Below are positions 1 through 12,556 of a DNA stretch of 64,000 nucleotides, piece after piece. The notes under the pieces are model-generated. The model was not told the DNA's origin. It ran no database searches and worked only from the letters and a program-made list of their open reading frames with translations. The stretch's first letter is position 1. Each line of letters starts with the position of its first letter. Origin of the DNA: Podarcis bocagei. Its lineage: Eukaryota. The DNA lies in assembly GCA_964188305.1 (NCBI GenBank), contig OZ076888.1. One strand, given 5' to 3'. A program made the position numbers and the translations under genes.

Positions 1-1911
1 AGCATGCAAAGGGAGTTTGCAGTGATGCAAGTAGTTCATGCAGAGTGACCTTACTCATTCTGACTTTCCCATGCTGTAGCCTCACAGTTAGAACAGCCGT
101 AGAAATGTTTCTATAACTGAAGTATCAAAAAGTTGATTGTAAAAAATATTTCCAGTGAAATACTAGTTTTCAAATCCTGTTAGGGCGCAAATGATAAATG
201 AGCAAATAAAGGAATCCAGTTTGAATATGACATTCTTAGCAGCTGCAGCAAAGTCCATTTGTATTAACCTAGAATAAAATCATTATAAAAAATTCATATG
301 TTGGGTATTTGCCACCTTATATGTTGAACAGAATAGATAACATTGACTATTAAAACTACTGGAAACATACAGGTGTTGTGAATGAGGCAGAAAAATAAGG
401 ATCTATCTTTCAGGGAAAGAAAACCTCCAAGAAATTTGAAAATATTTTCGTACAGCAGGTTTTTCAACGTTATCTTAAAGCAGCAAACATATAAAAGGAT
501 ATTTGTCCAGCTGTAGACTTGCACTGGAGATTTCATACTATCATAAAGCTGGAAAGAATAATAATAATAATAAAATAGTTCCCTGCTCCAAAAGAAGGCT
601 TATCCTTCCACCAGTTCTCTTCCCCTTCCTGTTCCAATCCATATACACAATCCAGACTGTTGTGGCTCATGAACTAGAAGGTGCCTGTAAGGCAAATACC
701 CCTGGACTCAGGAAATCAAGCCAAGCCAGCAAAATCATGAAAGCAATGCCAATCTATTTGCTGAGGGTCTTTTTTGTTTATTTGAGATAGGAAAGGAGGA
801 CACTCTCTTTTGCCTGTAACCTCAGGCAGAATTTGTTAGTATTTGGGTGGACTGTATTGTTAAAGTATTTTACAAATAACAACCCCACCCCACCCCCCAA
901 AAAATCCCAGAGTCTGGGCTTAAGCCTTTTCAATTACTATCATTAAGAGATAAAAAGGAAACAAAAAACCCCCACTCCATACATTTAAATTATAGCAATT
1001 AACTTCCTCCTCTAGCCAATCCCTGAAGTCTACATTATTAGTTGCTTCCAGGTGGGAAAGTAAGGAGGGAAGGGCATTCCAAGCTTCAAGGCCACACATC
1101 AAGTTGGCTGTAAAGTTGAGAATGGAATCTAAAGACTGTAGGAACACTTAGTAGCAAGAATGCATGCAGTATTTGGACGTACTTCTATAAGAACTTTTCT
1201 GGGAGTAAGTCCTATTGAACTCAGTGCAACATGCTTTTGAGTAGACACAAATAAGATATGCTGTTAAACCTTTGGTTTGCTAACATCTCTTGATGAACTA
1301 AGTAGCATATGTAGTGACAGATCTTCTCATAAACTACTATCTTCATATTGTACTTTGTATGCAGTGTGGAATCACTGTACCCCCCCCAACCCAATTTTCT
1401 ATTAGTTCTTAGGAGGAAAGGACTCTGATCATAACATATAGGAATGTTATTAATGCAAGTTGACATTATGTGATTTGATTTGTTGACGCTTTGCCCTTTG
1501 CTGCTAGATCTTTAAGGGAGAGTGAGGCCGCTGCCTCAGGCAGCAGATACTAAAGAGAAGGGAGCAGGCAGAACTGTGTGACCCATACAGACTGCCCTGA
1601 AAGCCCTAAGGTAGCTTGCTGTCCTCCGATGGGGTGGATAATTTTGTCCCATTGCCAGATGTAAGAGTCAAGTACAAGTTTGATCAACTTCCGTGCATGG
1701 AATGGGAGAAGTACCATCTTTCCCTTTGCCTCAGGCAGCAAAATGTCTTGGTCTAGCTCTGTGTTGTAGTCAACCGGTGTATTACAAAGAGATGAAGTTG
1801 AAGCATGCTAACATCTTGCTAAATCACCTACCAGCACTTAAAAAAAGAAAAATCAACCAAGGATTAGCAATAATCAGCCTTTAGTTGAGCAAAAGATACC
1901 CAAGTTAGATA

Positions 1912-2137
1912 CAGTGGTACCTCGGGTTACAGACGCTTCAGGTTACAGACTCTGCTAACCCAGAAATAGTACCTCGGGTTAAGAACTTTGCTTCAGGATG
2001 AGAACAGAAATCACGCGGTGGCGGCACGTCGGCAGAGGGAGGCCCCATTAGCTAAAGTGGTGCTTCAGGTTAAGAACAGTTTCAGGTTAAGAACGGACCT
2101 CCAGAACAAATTAAGTTCTTAACCCGAGGTACCACTG
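1912..2137 (+). mobile_element. Non-autonomous Tc1/mariner (Tigger/pogo-like) MITE, family A, copy 1
   Basis: Perfect 18-bp TIRs cagtggtacctcgggtta / taacccgaggtaccactg, flanked by TA on both sides; near-identical copies at 12286 and 24266. Confidence 0.9.
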
Positions 2138-2503
2138 TACTGGAAGAATGTTGTTATTTGGAGAAAAGCATGAAGAAACTAAGGATAAACTCTACAAAAG
2201 GAGGCAACTTTCCCCAAAAAATTTTAAAATGCACAAAAGGGGACTTAAAGAAACCATTTCGTCTTGCATTGTAGGTAGGAAAACTAAATTCTGCATAGTA
2301 TTTGTCACGTGCAATGGAAATACATGAATGTAGTAGAGCTGTCTGTTTTTAGACTTCACGTTCTGGGTGGCAGGGAAGCAATATTGGATAAAGGGAAGAA
2401 ATTCTTTGCATATTTCATCAGCTTGGATTTAATTGACATACCAGTGAAAAAAACAAATCAAATGGAATTTAAATTGTACTTCTCTGATTCTGTTTGGTTT
2501 CAG

Positions 2504-3315
2504 GTTATGGTCATACCTACCCTGTGACAAGACCTGGGAAATACTTGTGTATGCTGTATGCATTATTTGGCATCCCTCTAATGTTCTTAGTTCTCACTGA
2601 TATGGGAGACATCCTCTCATCTATATTATCCACATCTTACAATAAAGGGAGACAACTACAGTCAAAAATATTAGCCAGACTTTCTCTTGCATCCTGCTGG
2701 AAGAAGAAGAGAGACTCAAAATCTGGATCCTTAGCTCTCAGGCAAACTAAAGTAGTCCTTCATGAACCTTTAAACATCAAAGAAGTGCTAAGACATCATT
2801 CTTCACTGAAAATAAAGCCTTGCCAAAGTCGAAATGTCGAAATATTTGAACAACTTATTGCCAGGGAGAACCAGTTCCTTGCACCACCGAGACCTGGCAA
2901 GTTTGAACGATGGAGTTCATGCCCTGAACTGGATTCAGGGGCAATGATGAACCACATGATTGACAACATTGACAATATAGGGAAAAGAGTAGAAAAGCTG
3001 GATGTGCCATTTTGGTTGATGATGCTCATTGTCTTTGTATACATTTCCTGCGCTGCCGCCATCCTTCCGCGCTGGGAAAGCCGTTTGAATTTCGAGGGCG
3101 CTTTCTATTTCTGCTTCATCACCTTAACAACAATTGGCTTTGGTGACGTTGCCCTGGAACACCCCAACTTCTTTTTGTTTTTGTCGTTTTATATTGTGGT
3201 CGGCATGGAAATTGTCATCATCGCTTTCAAGCTGGGACAAGACAGGCTCATTTCTCTGTACAAAAAGTTGATCTGCTGCATCGGACGGAAAAATACCCCA
3301 CCAAAAATGATATGA
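2504..3315 (+). CDS. KCNK18: KCNK18 (TRESK, K2P18.1 two-pore K+ channel), last coding exon; upstream exons lie outside the window
   Basis: Acceptor tgtttggtttcag|GT at 2503/2504 (phase 1) completes the first pore G-Y-G. The exon encodes GYGHTYPVT...LFGIPLMFLVLTDMGDIL (TM2), a long cytoplasmic loop with RWSSCPEL, YISCAAAILP (TM3), FYFCFITLTTIGFGD (pore 2) and EHPNFFLF (TM4). Stop TGA 3313-3315. Synteny with SLC18A2 supports the call. Confidence 0.96.
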
Positions 3316-3561
3316 AAAATGTCCATCTAACTAAAAGGAGAGGCAGCAACATCAGTTCCAAACTCATGTTGATGGGCAGCTGCTGCAGGCTATTGCAAAT
3401 GCTTTTGTTTTTCGACCTTTGATTCAGTAATGGAAAATCACGATGGGTGATTATTTTCATTGACAGTGGGATCTGCTGTAAACTAGTGAAATGATTATGT
3501 AGCAGCTGAACACAAATGATAGTGAGGGCATTCCTCCCCTTTAAGGTGTTAAAACTGATGG

Positions 3562-3567
3562 AATAAA
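3562..3567 (+). terminator. Candidate KCNK18 polyadenylation signal (AATAAA)
   Basis: First AATAAA ~250 nt after the KCNK18 stop; other AATAAA hexamers occur further downstream, so usage is unproven. Confidence 0.35.
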
Positions 3568-6500
3568 ACTATTCTTTGGAACACTAGGAAATATAGAAGG
3601 TGCCTCTCTGTTAAATATGAATATTTACAATTGTGTGGACATATCAACCATTTGGCTCTCCCTACTCCATTGGCAATGACAGCGGTGAGCTAGAATAATT
3701 GATAATAACCATGAAATATTTACAATATTAATATACCACATCTTACTGAAATTGGTTCCATGTACGTTTACGCAATTGAAATAACAAAATAAAACAGATA
3801 ATTGGTAAGCTTTCAAAATGTTTAAAGTTTAAAAGCCTGGGATAATAAAAGGGGGGTTGTTTGGCACCTAAAATATGATGGTGATTAATCAATCAATCTA
3901 TATAACACTTGATGCAAAAAAGGATTTCAACATGGTTTACAGGTATATAAAAAATACAGAATCATTGAAATATAGGCATCCAAAATTAAAATGTGCAATA
4001 AAACAATTTCATCAAATAAAGACAATTGAATCTGCAATTAAGGGGTCATCCATAACAGCAAGAACTCCTTGATGGACACTGGCGTGGAAGCTGGTTTTCT
4101 CTCAGCTGTCCCTGATCTAAGCATGGCAAATGGCTTTGAAAACCACTGAGAAGAAATCCAGAAGAACCCACCATGTTACATTCCCTCTGTATCTCCTAGA
4201 GATGGTTATCAACCAGGGCAACCAAGGCAGTTTCAGATGGCAACATTACTACCATGTGAACTTCCTGGGGCATGCCATTCCATGAATGAGGCACCATGGC
4301 TGAGAAAGCCCCCTCTCCAGTTATCACTCACTTCACTGATGTCACCCAGGTCTATTTTTTGTGTGTCACATCTGAACCAGAAGTGGCTGTATAAGCTCTG
4401 GACTGGATGCTGTGGTGGGCTGGATGAAGGCTAGGAAACTGAGTGAATCCTGGCATGACAGAGCTTCTGTGGGCAAGTGGTTTCTGTTGTCAGAAGATAG
4501 GCCAGCTGTTTGTTCTGGGCAGGGTTGCATGACCTTTGAAAGTGCAGGCATGCAGTCTGGGGGATGCTCCTACAGGTGTCTGTCACTGGAAACGCAGGTA
4601 TCTTCCTAGGCTTGAAAAATCTGCCAATAAGCCAATATGCTACTGGGTCCAATCTCTTCTTCTTTCTTTGGCAATCACTCATAGCCAAATATGGTCTTAA
4701 CAGTGTGTCCGTGAGTGACTGTGGAGGCCAATTCTGGACCCACAGATCAAATTTAAGGTGCTGCTGTTAGTATGTATATAAAGCCTTAAACAATTTGGGG
4801 CCACTGCCAGGCAAAGCTACCCACTGAATGGTCAGCAGCAAGAAAGTGGACAGGTGAGAGATGGCTGAGGGCAATCTGAGGTTGGTGGGCCAACTGCCCA
4901 TTTGTCCTAACAGATCAACCTCTACCAGTAGCAGCACTGATGTTATGGAATTCCCTGTCAAAGAAGATCAAGCAAGTTCCATCTGTATTAACTTAGAAGC
5001 AAAGATCTTTGTTTAATCAAGCTTTCCTGAAATGTGACCAGTTTTGTATTATTAGTTACTTGACTGACAGTACAGTATTCATTTTTGAATTTTATATTGT
5101 TTCATGTAATGTTTTGTATCATTCAGCACTTAGGTGGGACTTTCCTTTTGACTGAATGGTGTATAAATTTGCTAAAGAAAATAAAGAATAACAGGAAAGA
5201 ACCTTAGCTAATGATCTGAGAGTGCAAGCAGGAAGGCACTCCTGCAAGTACTGGGATCCCAAGCTGTTTAGGCTTTAAAAGTCAATGCTAGCACTTTGGG
5301 TGGGCATAGAAGTGGCCAGCCAGCCAGTTGAGCTCCTTTAACGATATATGACCTGAATAGGCTGTGCCAGTTAAAATCCTGGCAGCTGTATCAGCTCAAG
5401 CTTCCAAACTGCTGCCTTCAAAGGCAGCCCCAGATGGAACACATTATAGGAATCCAATTGGGAGGTTATCAGGGCATGGGCAACTGTGGACAGACTAGCC
5501 TTGTGCAGGAGAAGCCACAGATAATAAACCAGGCAAAGCTAATGAAAAGCACTATGACAGCCTAGGCTGTAGCTTGCCCCATGAGAGAGAGAGAAGGAAG
5601 GCAACTAAACCAGTCCAACCAACCCCTTCTTGGCCACTTCACCTCTGTCACAAAGGGAATGTCTTTATTTTTCTCCGGGTGCCTCTGCTAAAAAGCCCTT
5701 TAATTGGCACAACTTGCTCCTAATACTGAGTAGTGTGGCATTTAGGGTGCAATCCTAATCCTGGCTGCCAAGCAGCAAGGCTTTATCAAGCAACAGGCCA
5801 CATCTCCAGCCCCGACACACACAGCAGCCGACATGGAAGGTGGAGAGAGGCAGCAAAAGTGCTGGAGCTGATGCATCAACTGGGCCCAGTGTCATCACAC
5901 AACAGCAGTGGCTCAGGATGAACAGATCCTAGGGCAGCTTCCCTCCTCTACAAAAATACTCCATTTCAGGGTAGAGGAGATCCCATAGGAAGCACTGCTG
6001 CACACCTGCACATTTCGTAGGCAGAAGGATAATAACATTAATGGAATGAAACCTGCGACATTTCATCAGTGGCAGAAGGCTGGAGGCTAGCTTAGCCAGG
6101 AGAGCTGGGTGGAAATGACTGAACACTCCCACCCCTGGGCCTGGTGCAAGAGAGAAGATTGAATTGGTTTGCCAGGCACTGAATGAATAACAAGGTCTCA
6201 TACCCCCCCATGAAGCTTTTCACAATGTGTTCTTTGGAAAATATATGTGGCTGAGAGGGATATGTCAAATTTTCCTGCATATGTCCAATCTTTGTTTGTT
6301 ACTTTGCAGAGAATACTTGGATAGAGTTTAAGCACTCCTCACACATCCTGATCTTCTTCTTTTAATGGCTCAACTATGGCTGAGAGCAAAAAAACAACAA
6401 CCCAATAATTTCTCAAAATCATAAAAACCGCAATTTTTCTTATTAAGCATAGTGAATGCATTTCTTCTATTTCCTACAGTACTATCACTAGAAACTTTCT

Positions 6501-7414
6501 TTCACAACAATGTACTCCTGTTATTAAAGCACATAATGAAAACTCACCTTGCAAACAGCAAAGATTCCTCCCCCCAGGCATGCACTTGCTTTGAGTTAGC
6601 AGTCATTGTGTGCACAACTAACCTGATTTTATGTTCTAGCTGCAGTTACTATAATATTTTCAGAGAGTCAGAGTTGGGCATGCATTGTCAGTGTTTCTGT
6701 AAAACTGCAGTCTGAAAAGCACTTTAAATTCTTATACCAAATTTTACCAATGATAACTTGGCTGAACAGACTGGTGCCTTCTCACTAACCTCTTTCATTT
6801 TCACAGTGAAATAACCATCATCTCATAGCAGGGCTGTTACAAAGATTAAATCAATGAAACTTAATGTATACCTTGATCACAGAAAAGCGTTGTCATCCTA
6901 ATGCATGAATATTTTCCCAATGGTGCTTACACTTGGTCTCAAAAGTGGGTTTGATTCTCTTTGTCACACAAATCCTATATACAAGTGCATTTTGATTGTC
7001 AGAAAGTTCAGTAGTGCAGAACTGGGTATACAGGCTCTCGTATCAGTGAAGTATTCCTGGTAGGGTCACTGCTCTGACTTTTAAAACCCTGCTTCAATAC
7101 AAATGGGCAGTTCTTCAGTATGTATCATTTGATTATGCTGGACTCCTTTTACAGTTCACATCTTGATCTGAGCTGATTGTTTTTCCCGTATAAGAAGCAG
7201 GAGCACTGCTAGGTACTTAAGAGATTAACAACACAGGCCCATGCCACAAATTGGCACAACATGTGCATATGCTAATTTATATGTATAGATGCAAGTTTAG
7301 GTGTCTGAGTGAATTAAGATGGTTTGGCTGGGGTCTCTCTGCCACTGTGCTTCATAGCATCCCCAGCATGCCCTGTAAGCAAAGGCTCCCCCCCCAAAAC
7401 ATTGCACTAATTTA

Positions 7415-7590
7415 TTGCCCTGTCAGTGCAAGGATTTCTGCTTTCACAATGGGACTTTCCTCCTCCCCCATGTGTGCCCCTCCTCAAATCTGCCCCAGAG
7501 GCTTGGGGATACCCCCAGAACAGATTTAGGAGGCCTGTGAGGGAAGAAAGTCCCACTGCACAAGCAGAAATCCTTGTGCTCATGGGACAG
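7415..7590. repeat. Degenerate fold-back (inverted-repeat) element, probably an old MITE
   Basis: Left arm caaggatttctgctttcacaatgggactttc (~7429-7459) is reverse-complementary to right arm gaaagtcccactgcacaagcagaaatccttg (~7546-7576). Confidence 0.6.
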
Positions 7591-8675
7591 TTCCTTAGCA
7601 CTACATTCAATGCAAGCCAAAGCAGATTTTTTAAAAGTTTGTTTTTAATGGTAAAGGAGTCCAGAGATCTGGGGCCCAGCATAAAAGATGTGGGTCTTGG
7701 AGGGGGCCTGCTAAACCACCCACTAACCACACCCCTGGTAAGAAGTGAGAAAATAAAAATCCACGTTCTGAGTTCCTGATCTTTTTGCAAACTGTTAATG
7801 ACGTTTGTCCAATAAAAGCAGTTATTTTATGTTTGTTTCCTATGGTTTAAGCAAAGAGTATTTAAATAAACGGGCTTTCAGTAACCTCAATAATCATGAT
7901 TGATTGCTAGGAATTAATGAATAATTTATCATATGCTTTAATGTATGCAAAACAATACTAATAAAGGTTATGCCTGCATCACACCATTCTAGGTATTTAA
8001 TCTTTAGTTTCATTTGGCAGCTGTTGTTCCAAAATAACAGCACTGTTTGGAGTGACTTACAAATTTCTTTCAGGTTGCCTGATATTTACTTATGCTCTAC
8101 AATGCCTCTAAGCTTGCCCTGATATAACTGAAAAGTAACGAAACAATTTCACCCAAAGCTCAACTAGTGCTTCCAGGAAAACATAGGTAAATATGAAGCT
8201 GTCTTGAAATTACTCTGGAGATGTAAATTTGGGTGGCCCCTCTGAAGTGGCACTGAGTATGGACTCTTAAGTCCCCAAAACAGCACCATACACACAGAAG
8301 AGGGAGATATCAACAGACCTGGTGCAACCCCAAGGCTTGCAGATAAACAAAAGGAAACTTTAGAAAAAACCTTAGGCGTGGAAACCCTAAAGCAAACTAA
8401 ACATAGTGGAAAGGGAAAATTGAAAATAGGCGTGGGTGGGAGATGGAATGACATAGGAGCACCAGAAGCTGCCTTATTGTCAGACTCACATACTCCAAAC
8501 ACCACCGCTGAATGTCCAGCACTCATTCAGCAATTGGGTTCTCTCCAGATTGACGTTTGCTCCAATTTAGCATAAAAGAGCAGGTTTTCTCCGGGAAAGG
8601 AGCAGGGCAAGGGGGAAAGGCACAGCACAAACAGAAGTGTGGAACACTTAAGAGGTGTTTTTAATATTTCGTTGA

Positions 8676-8741
8676 GAGCCACCCAGAGCGGCTGGGGCAA
8701 CCCAGTCAGTTGGGTGGCATATAAATAATAAAATTATTATT

Positions 8742-8786
<45 letters not shown>
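8676..8786 (+). mobile_element. LINE (L2-like) 3' end fragment with (TAT)n/(GTT)n tail
   Basis: gagccacccagagcggctggggcaacccagtcagttgggtggcatataaataataaaattattatt followed by (gtt)n. The same motif occurs reversed at 29652 and 48808 and forward at ~37860. Confidence 0.6.
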
Positions 8787-11700
8787 AAGTGTAAGAAAGA
8801 CTAATAGCAGTATAGGCTCAGCAGCAAACCTAAGGTCCAGAAGTCTAGATTCTAAGAGATTCATAACCTAATGGATGCTTCGAAGACGTCCTGAAAGGTA
8901 ACATGTCCCTTCTGCCAAACTTTTAAAGACGAGGCAGGCTGAGCTTCCTCATTACACACTCTTGTTCTGTGGGCCTGCTTTGTAGACATGTGCTCTCTCT
9001 GGGTGCATTTGAACCCACCAAAGAAGGTGGCACTTTGTTTTCAGTGACAAGACTGTGTCCTGTCCCTCTGCCTCCAGCACCACTGCCATCTCCTCCTGTT
9101 CTGCCCCTCTCTTTGACTGGTTGAAGTCCTGCCTGCTCCCTGACAAAACTCAGTACTCCCTGAAGGGGCAGGGGAGAGAGCTGGCCCATCTGCTTCTCTC
9201 TCTTTGACACCCAGAGGCAAAAGCAGAGGACTTCCCTTCTCCATGCCTTTGTGCCCGCCTTCCAGCCCTCCATCGGCTCTTCCTCCTTGACCATCTGGGG
9301 TAGCCAAACCATGACACATCCTGATGGAACCACAGAGTCCATGACACCTATTCTGAGCCAGACAATTGTTCCATTTAACTCAATATTATCTAAATTGACA
9401 GGCCACAGCTTTTCAGGGTTTCAGGCATGATTGAACCTGGGTCCTTCTGTACATAAATCAGTGCTCTTCCACTGAGCTCTAATGTCAGAAATGTCAAACA
9501 AGCATGCTCAACTGTTTGAAGTGTCTCTCACAATAATGTGGGAATGAAAGAGAATGGAACTTGATCTAATATCACCACAATTCTGAGGATAGTTTCTCCC
9601 AGGAAGACACCAACAACGTAAAATAGAATATATTCTTTGACATAACAGAGCTGTGTCAAAGCCTGATATTGGTTTGGAAAGGAACATTCTCAATAGTGAC
9701 AGTGCTTTTTTCTGGGGGTACGCATTCTTCTAAACATTTTGTGAATCTAAGTTTGACCTACTTGAGGGGGAGTATTTCAATATGAGTAGGAAAATGAGAG
9801 TACCCCTAAACATTTTTTTTTATAGAAAAAAACACCCTGAATAGTGGCATCCCAGTTTGGAATGCCTTCACCTCCCATGATAATAAAGTGTCAGCTCCAC
9901 ATAAAAATGTGACTATTCACACAGCCATTTGGCTAGACTAGTGCCCTCTCTTGGCTGATGGAGTTACTGTACATTGCTAGCACATTGCTTGGTGTTTGTT
10001 TTTTGTTTTTTACATTAAGTTGTATTTAAATGAAATATTTTTGTTGTTGTATTTTAATGTTGTTCCTTGGCCTGAGATTGTGTGAAGAATAAAGGGCTGC
10101 CGCAAATGAACAAATAAAAGTATGCTGCGAACGTCTTCATGTAGTGGGAGCAAAATGCTCTTGTAAAAGTCTTGGGGGTGGGGGGAGATCATCTGAATGT
10201 ATCCGTAATTCCATGGAAACAAGATAATCAAGAAAAGCTCTAGCACAGACCTTCTTCTAAAAGCTGGTGATACTTGATTCTCCGCTTCAGCAGAATTACT
10301 TGGCTTTCATGCTATGTTGGCTGTTGGCTGGCTCCATGCTGAGTGCTCTGAAGGAGCAACTCATTGACTTGCGGAAAGAATAAGTGACTGTTGACACTGC
10401 TGCCTATTGCCGTATGTGATACAAGGTCTCAAGAAACAATCACCTGTTTAGAGGATTGTGCTTCCAGACGGCACATACTACTCTTCCATAAGCTTGCCTT
10501 GCTATTCATTTCAAACAATGGGTCAAGTACTGAGAGACTAAAATGCAAACAAGACCAGCAGTGTTAATTCAGGTGAAGGCTTTCACATTTTAGGTGGTTT
10601 TGTCCTGCAGAAACATACTTCAATACTGCAAGATGTAACTGATAACTAGGAGTTTCTGATTTGCTCTATATGCCCCGTTTCAACTTCAGCTGGTGGAAAC
10701 TGTGCTTCCGCTTTGGGTATGGTTCCAACATTTGATAAACTGGGAGCTGTCTTTAAAAAGTGCATCCTGTCTGCAAGAAATTAAACAATTTCCTTCAGTA
10801 GTGGCTGTGTATGTAATATGTTTAAAAAGTGAAAAGTGACTGGCCTGAAGTCACCCAGTGAGCTTCACGGCCAAGTTGGCATTTGAACCCTGAAATGCCT
10901 TCTCATGAGTAGAAGGCAAGTCCTCTCTTTGGGTCCAACCTGCTGAATTATATTTTGGGTTTTCATTTCACATTATTATGGTACAACAGATTCTAAGTTA
11001 TAATTTGATAATTATTCTAGGTAGGTCCTTGAAGAAATATTTAAAATTAGTATCCTGTTCAATTCCAAATCTACTGCTACTTAGCTCAAAATTCCTGCAG
11101 CATATGCTTTTAAGTGCTTTGTTTTCATTGGCCAAATCTCTCCCCCCCCCTCAGTTAATTGTACTCTAAGCCACATAATGAATTTAAATTTTAAATTAAA
11201 GAACTTACATCAAATTTCAAAATGTGGATGTATTCATATTTTTAAAAAATCAGCTTGCCCTAATAATTCCTCTAGGGCTGCCACTACAGTATCTATCACA
11301 TCTACATCATATGTAATGAAAACGCATTTATGGCTTGGTAGCGAATATATCGCAGTATAGCTTATTAAAGCATGTCCATGTCATAAATTTGGCCAATTTG
11401 CTAACATAAAAGAGTCTGGTGACATCAGCATTGTTGTCTGTCTATGTCCAAATGACGCAATTAAAAAGCATTGCAAATAAAGCATGTGCAGCATGCAATT
11501 GTCCAAATGGAAAGTGTTCCAGCTGTACTGCCTTTATTTTTTCAAATTACATCTTGGAGCATAGCCATTTGACCAGCATTTATAAAAAGGCCAATGTCTT
11601 ATCAGAGCATTCATTTTTTGTGTGCTTCCATTAATAAATACACATTATGATCATTGTGCAAACACACTGGAGCCTTCCAGCAAGCACCAGGGAGAAGAAT

Positions 11701-12021
11701 GCAAAGGTTTCAAATTATAGCACTTTCCATTATGAACCAGCTATCTTGATCCTTGCAGGAGGGCAGAAGTGGGCTATTTGAAAGGAGCAACAAAGCAGGA
11801 TTCCCCCCCCCCCACTAGCAAGGGAGGAAATAAATATAGTGAGCCTATTTGTGAACAAATATGCAACTTCTGGTATATGGATAAAAGTTGTGGTTGTTTT
11901 GTTGTTGTTGCTGTTGCAATGCTCACACTTTTGAAGGACTTTTCAGGCCTGTGCTCACTCGGTTCCGTTAAAAAACAATAAGCCAACAACAACAACTTGG
12001 GATTTTCATTAGGAAAAACTA

Positions 12022-12279
12022 CCGTATTTTTCGCTCTATAAGACACACTAGACCACAAGACGCACCTAGTTTTTGGAGGAGGAAAACAAGAAAAAAAATA
12101 TTCTGAATCTCAGAAGCCAGAACAGCAAGGGGGATTCCTGCGCAGTGAAATCAGCAATCCCTCTTGCTGTTCTGGCTTCTGGGATAGCTGTGCAGCCTGC
12201 ATTCGCTCCATAAGACGCACACACATTTCCCCTTCCTTTTAGGAGGGGAGAAGTGAGTCTTATAGAGCAAAAAATACGG
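12022..12279. mobile_element. Non-autonomous mariner/pogo-type MITE, family B, with internal hairpin
   Basis: TIRs ccgtatttttcgctctataagac / gtcttatagagcaaaaaatacgg with TA on both sides; related shorter copy at 52444-52612. Confidence 0.85.
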
Positions 12280-12285
12280 TATATA

Positions 12286-12516
12286 CAGTGGTACCTCAGG
12301 TTAAGAACTTAATTCGTTCTGGAGGTCCGTTCTTAACCTGAAACTGTTCTTAACCTGAGGTACCACTTTACCTAATGGGGCCTCCCGCTGCTGCCGCGCG
12401 ATTTCTGTTCTCATCCTGAAGCAAAGTTCTTAACCCGAGGTACTATTTCTGGGTTAGCGGAGTCTGTAACCTGAAGCGTATGTAACCTGAAGCGTCTGTA
12501 ACCCGAAGTACCACTG
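12286..12516 (-). mobile_element. Tc1/mariner MITE family A, copy 2 (opposite orientation)
   Basis: cagtggtacctcagg ... gaagtaccactg with TA flanks; internal sequence is the reverse complement of 1912-2137. Confidence 0.9.
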
Positions 12517-12525
12517 TATGTGCCT

Positions 12526-12526
<1 letters not shown>

Positions 12527-12556
<30 letters not shown>

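Noticed and set aside
294-536. Minus-strand ORF containing SLFFC, reminiscent of the K2P pore helix
   Set aside because: Wrong strand relative to KCNK18 and no further similarity; upstream KCNK18 exons are not in the window.
2507-2527. Out-of-frame ATG in the GYG codons, resembling the internal start implicated in mammalian TRESK frameshift alleles
   Set aside because: Arises automatically from TAT-GGN codons, opens only 6 codons, and there is no frameshift here.
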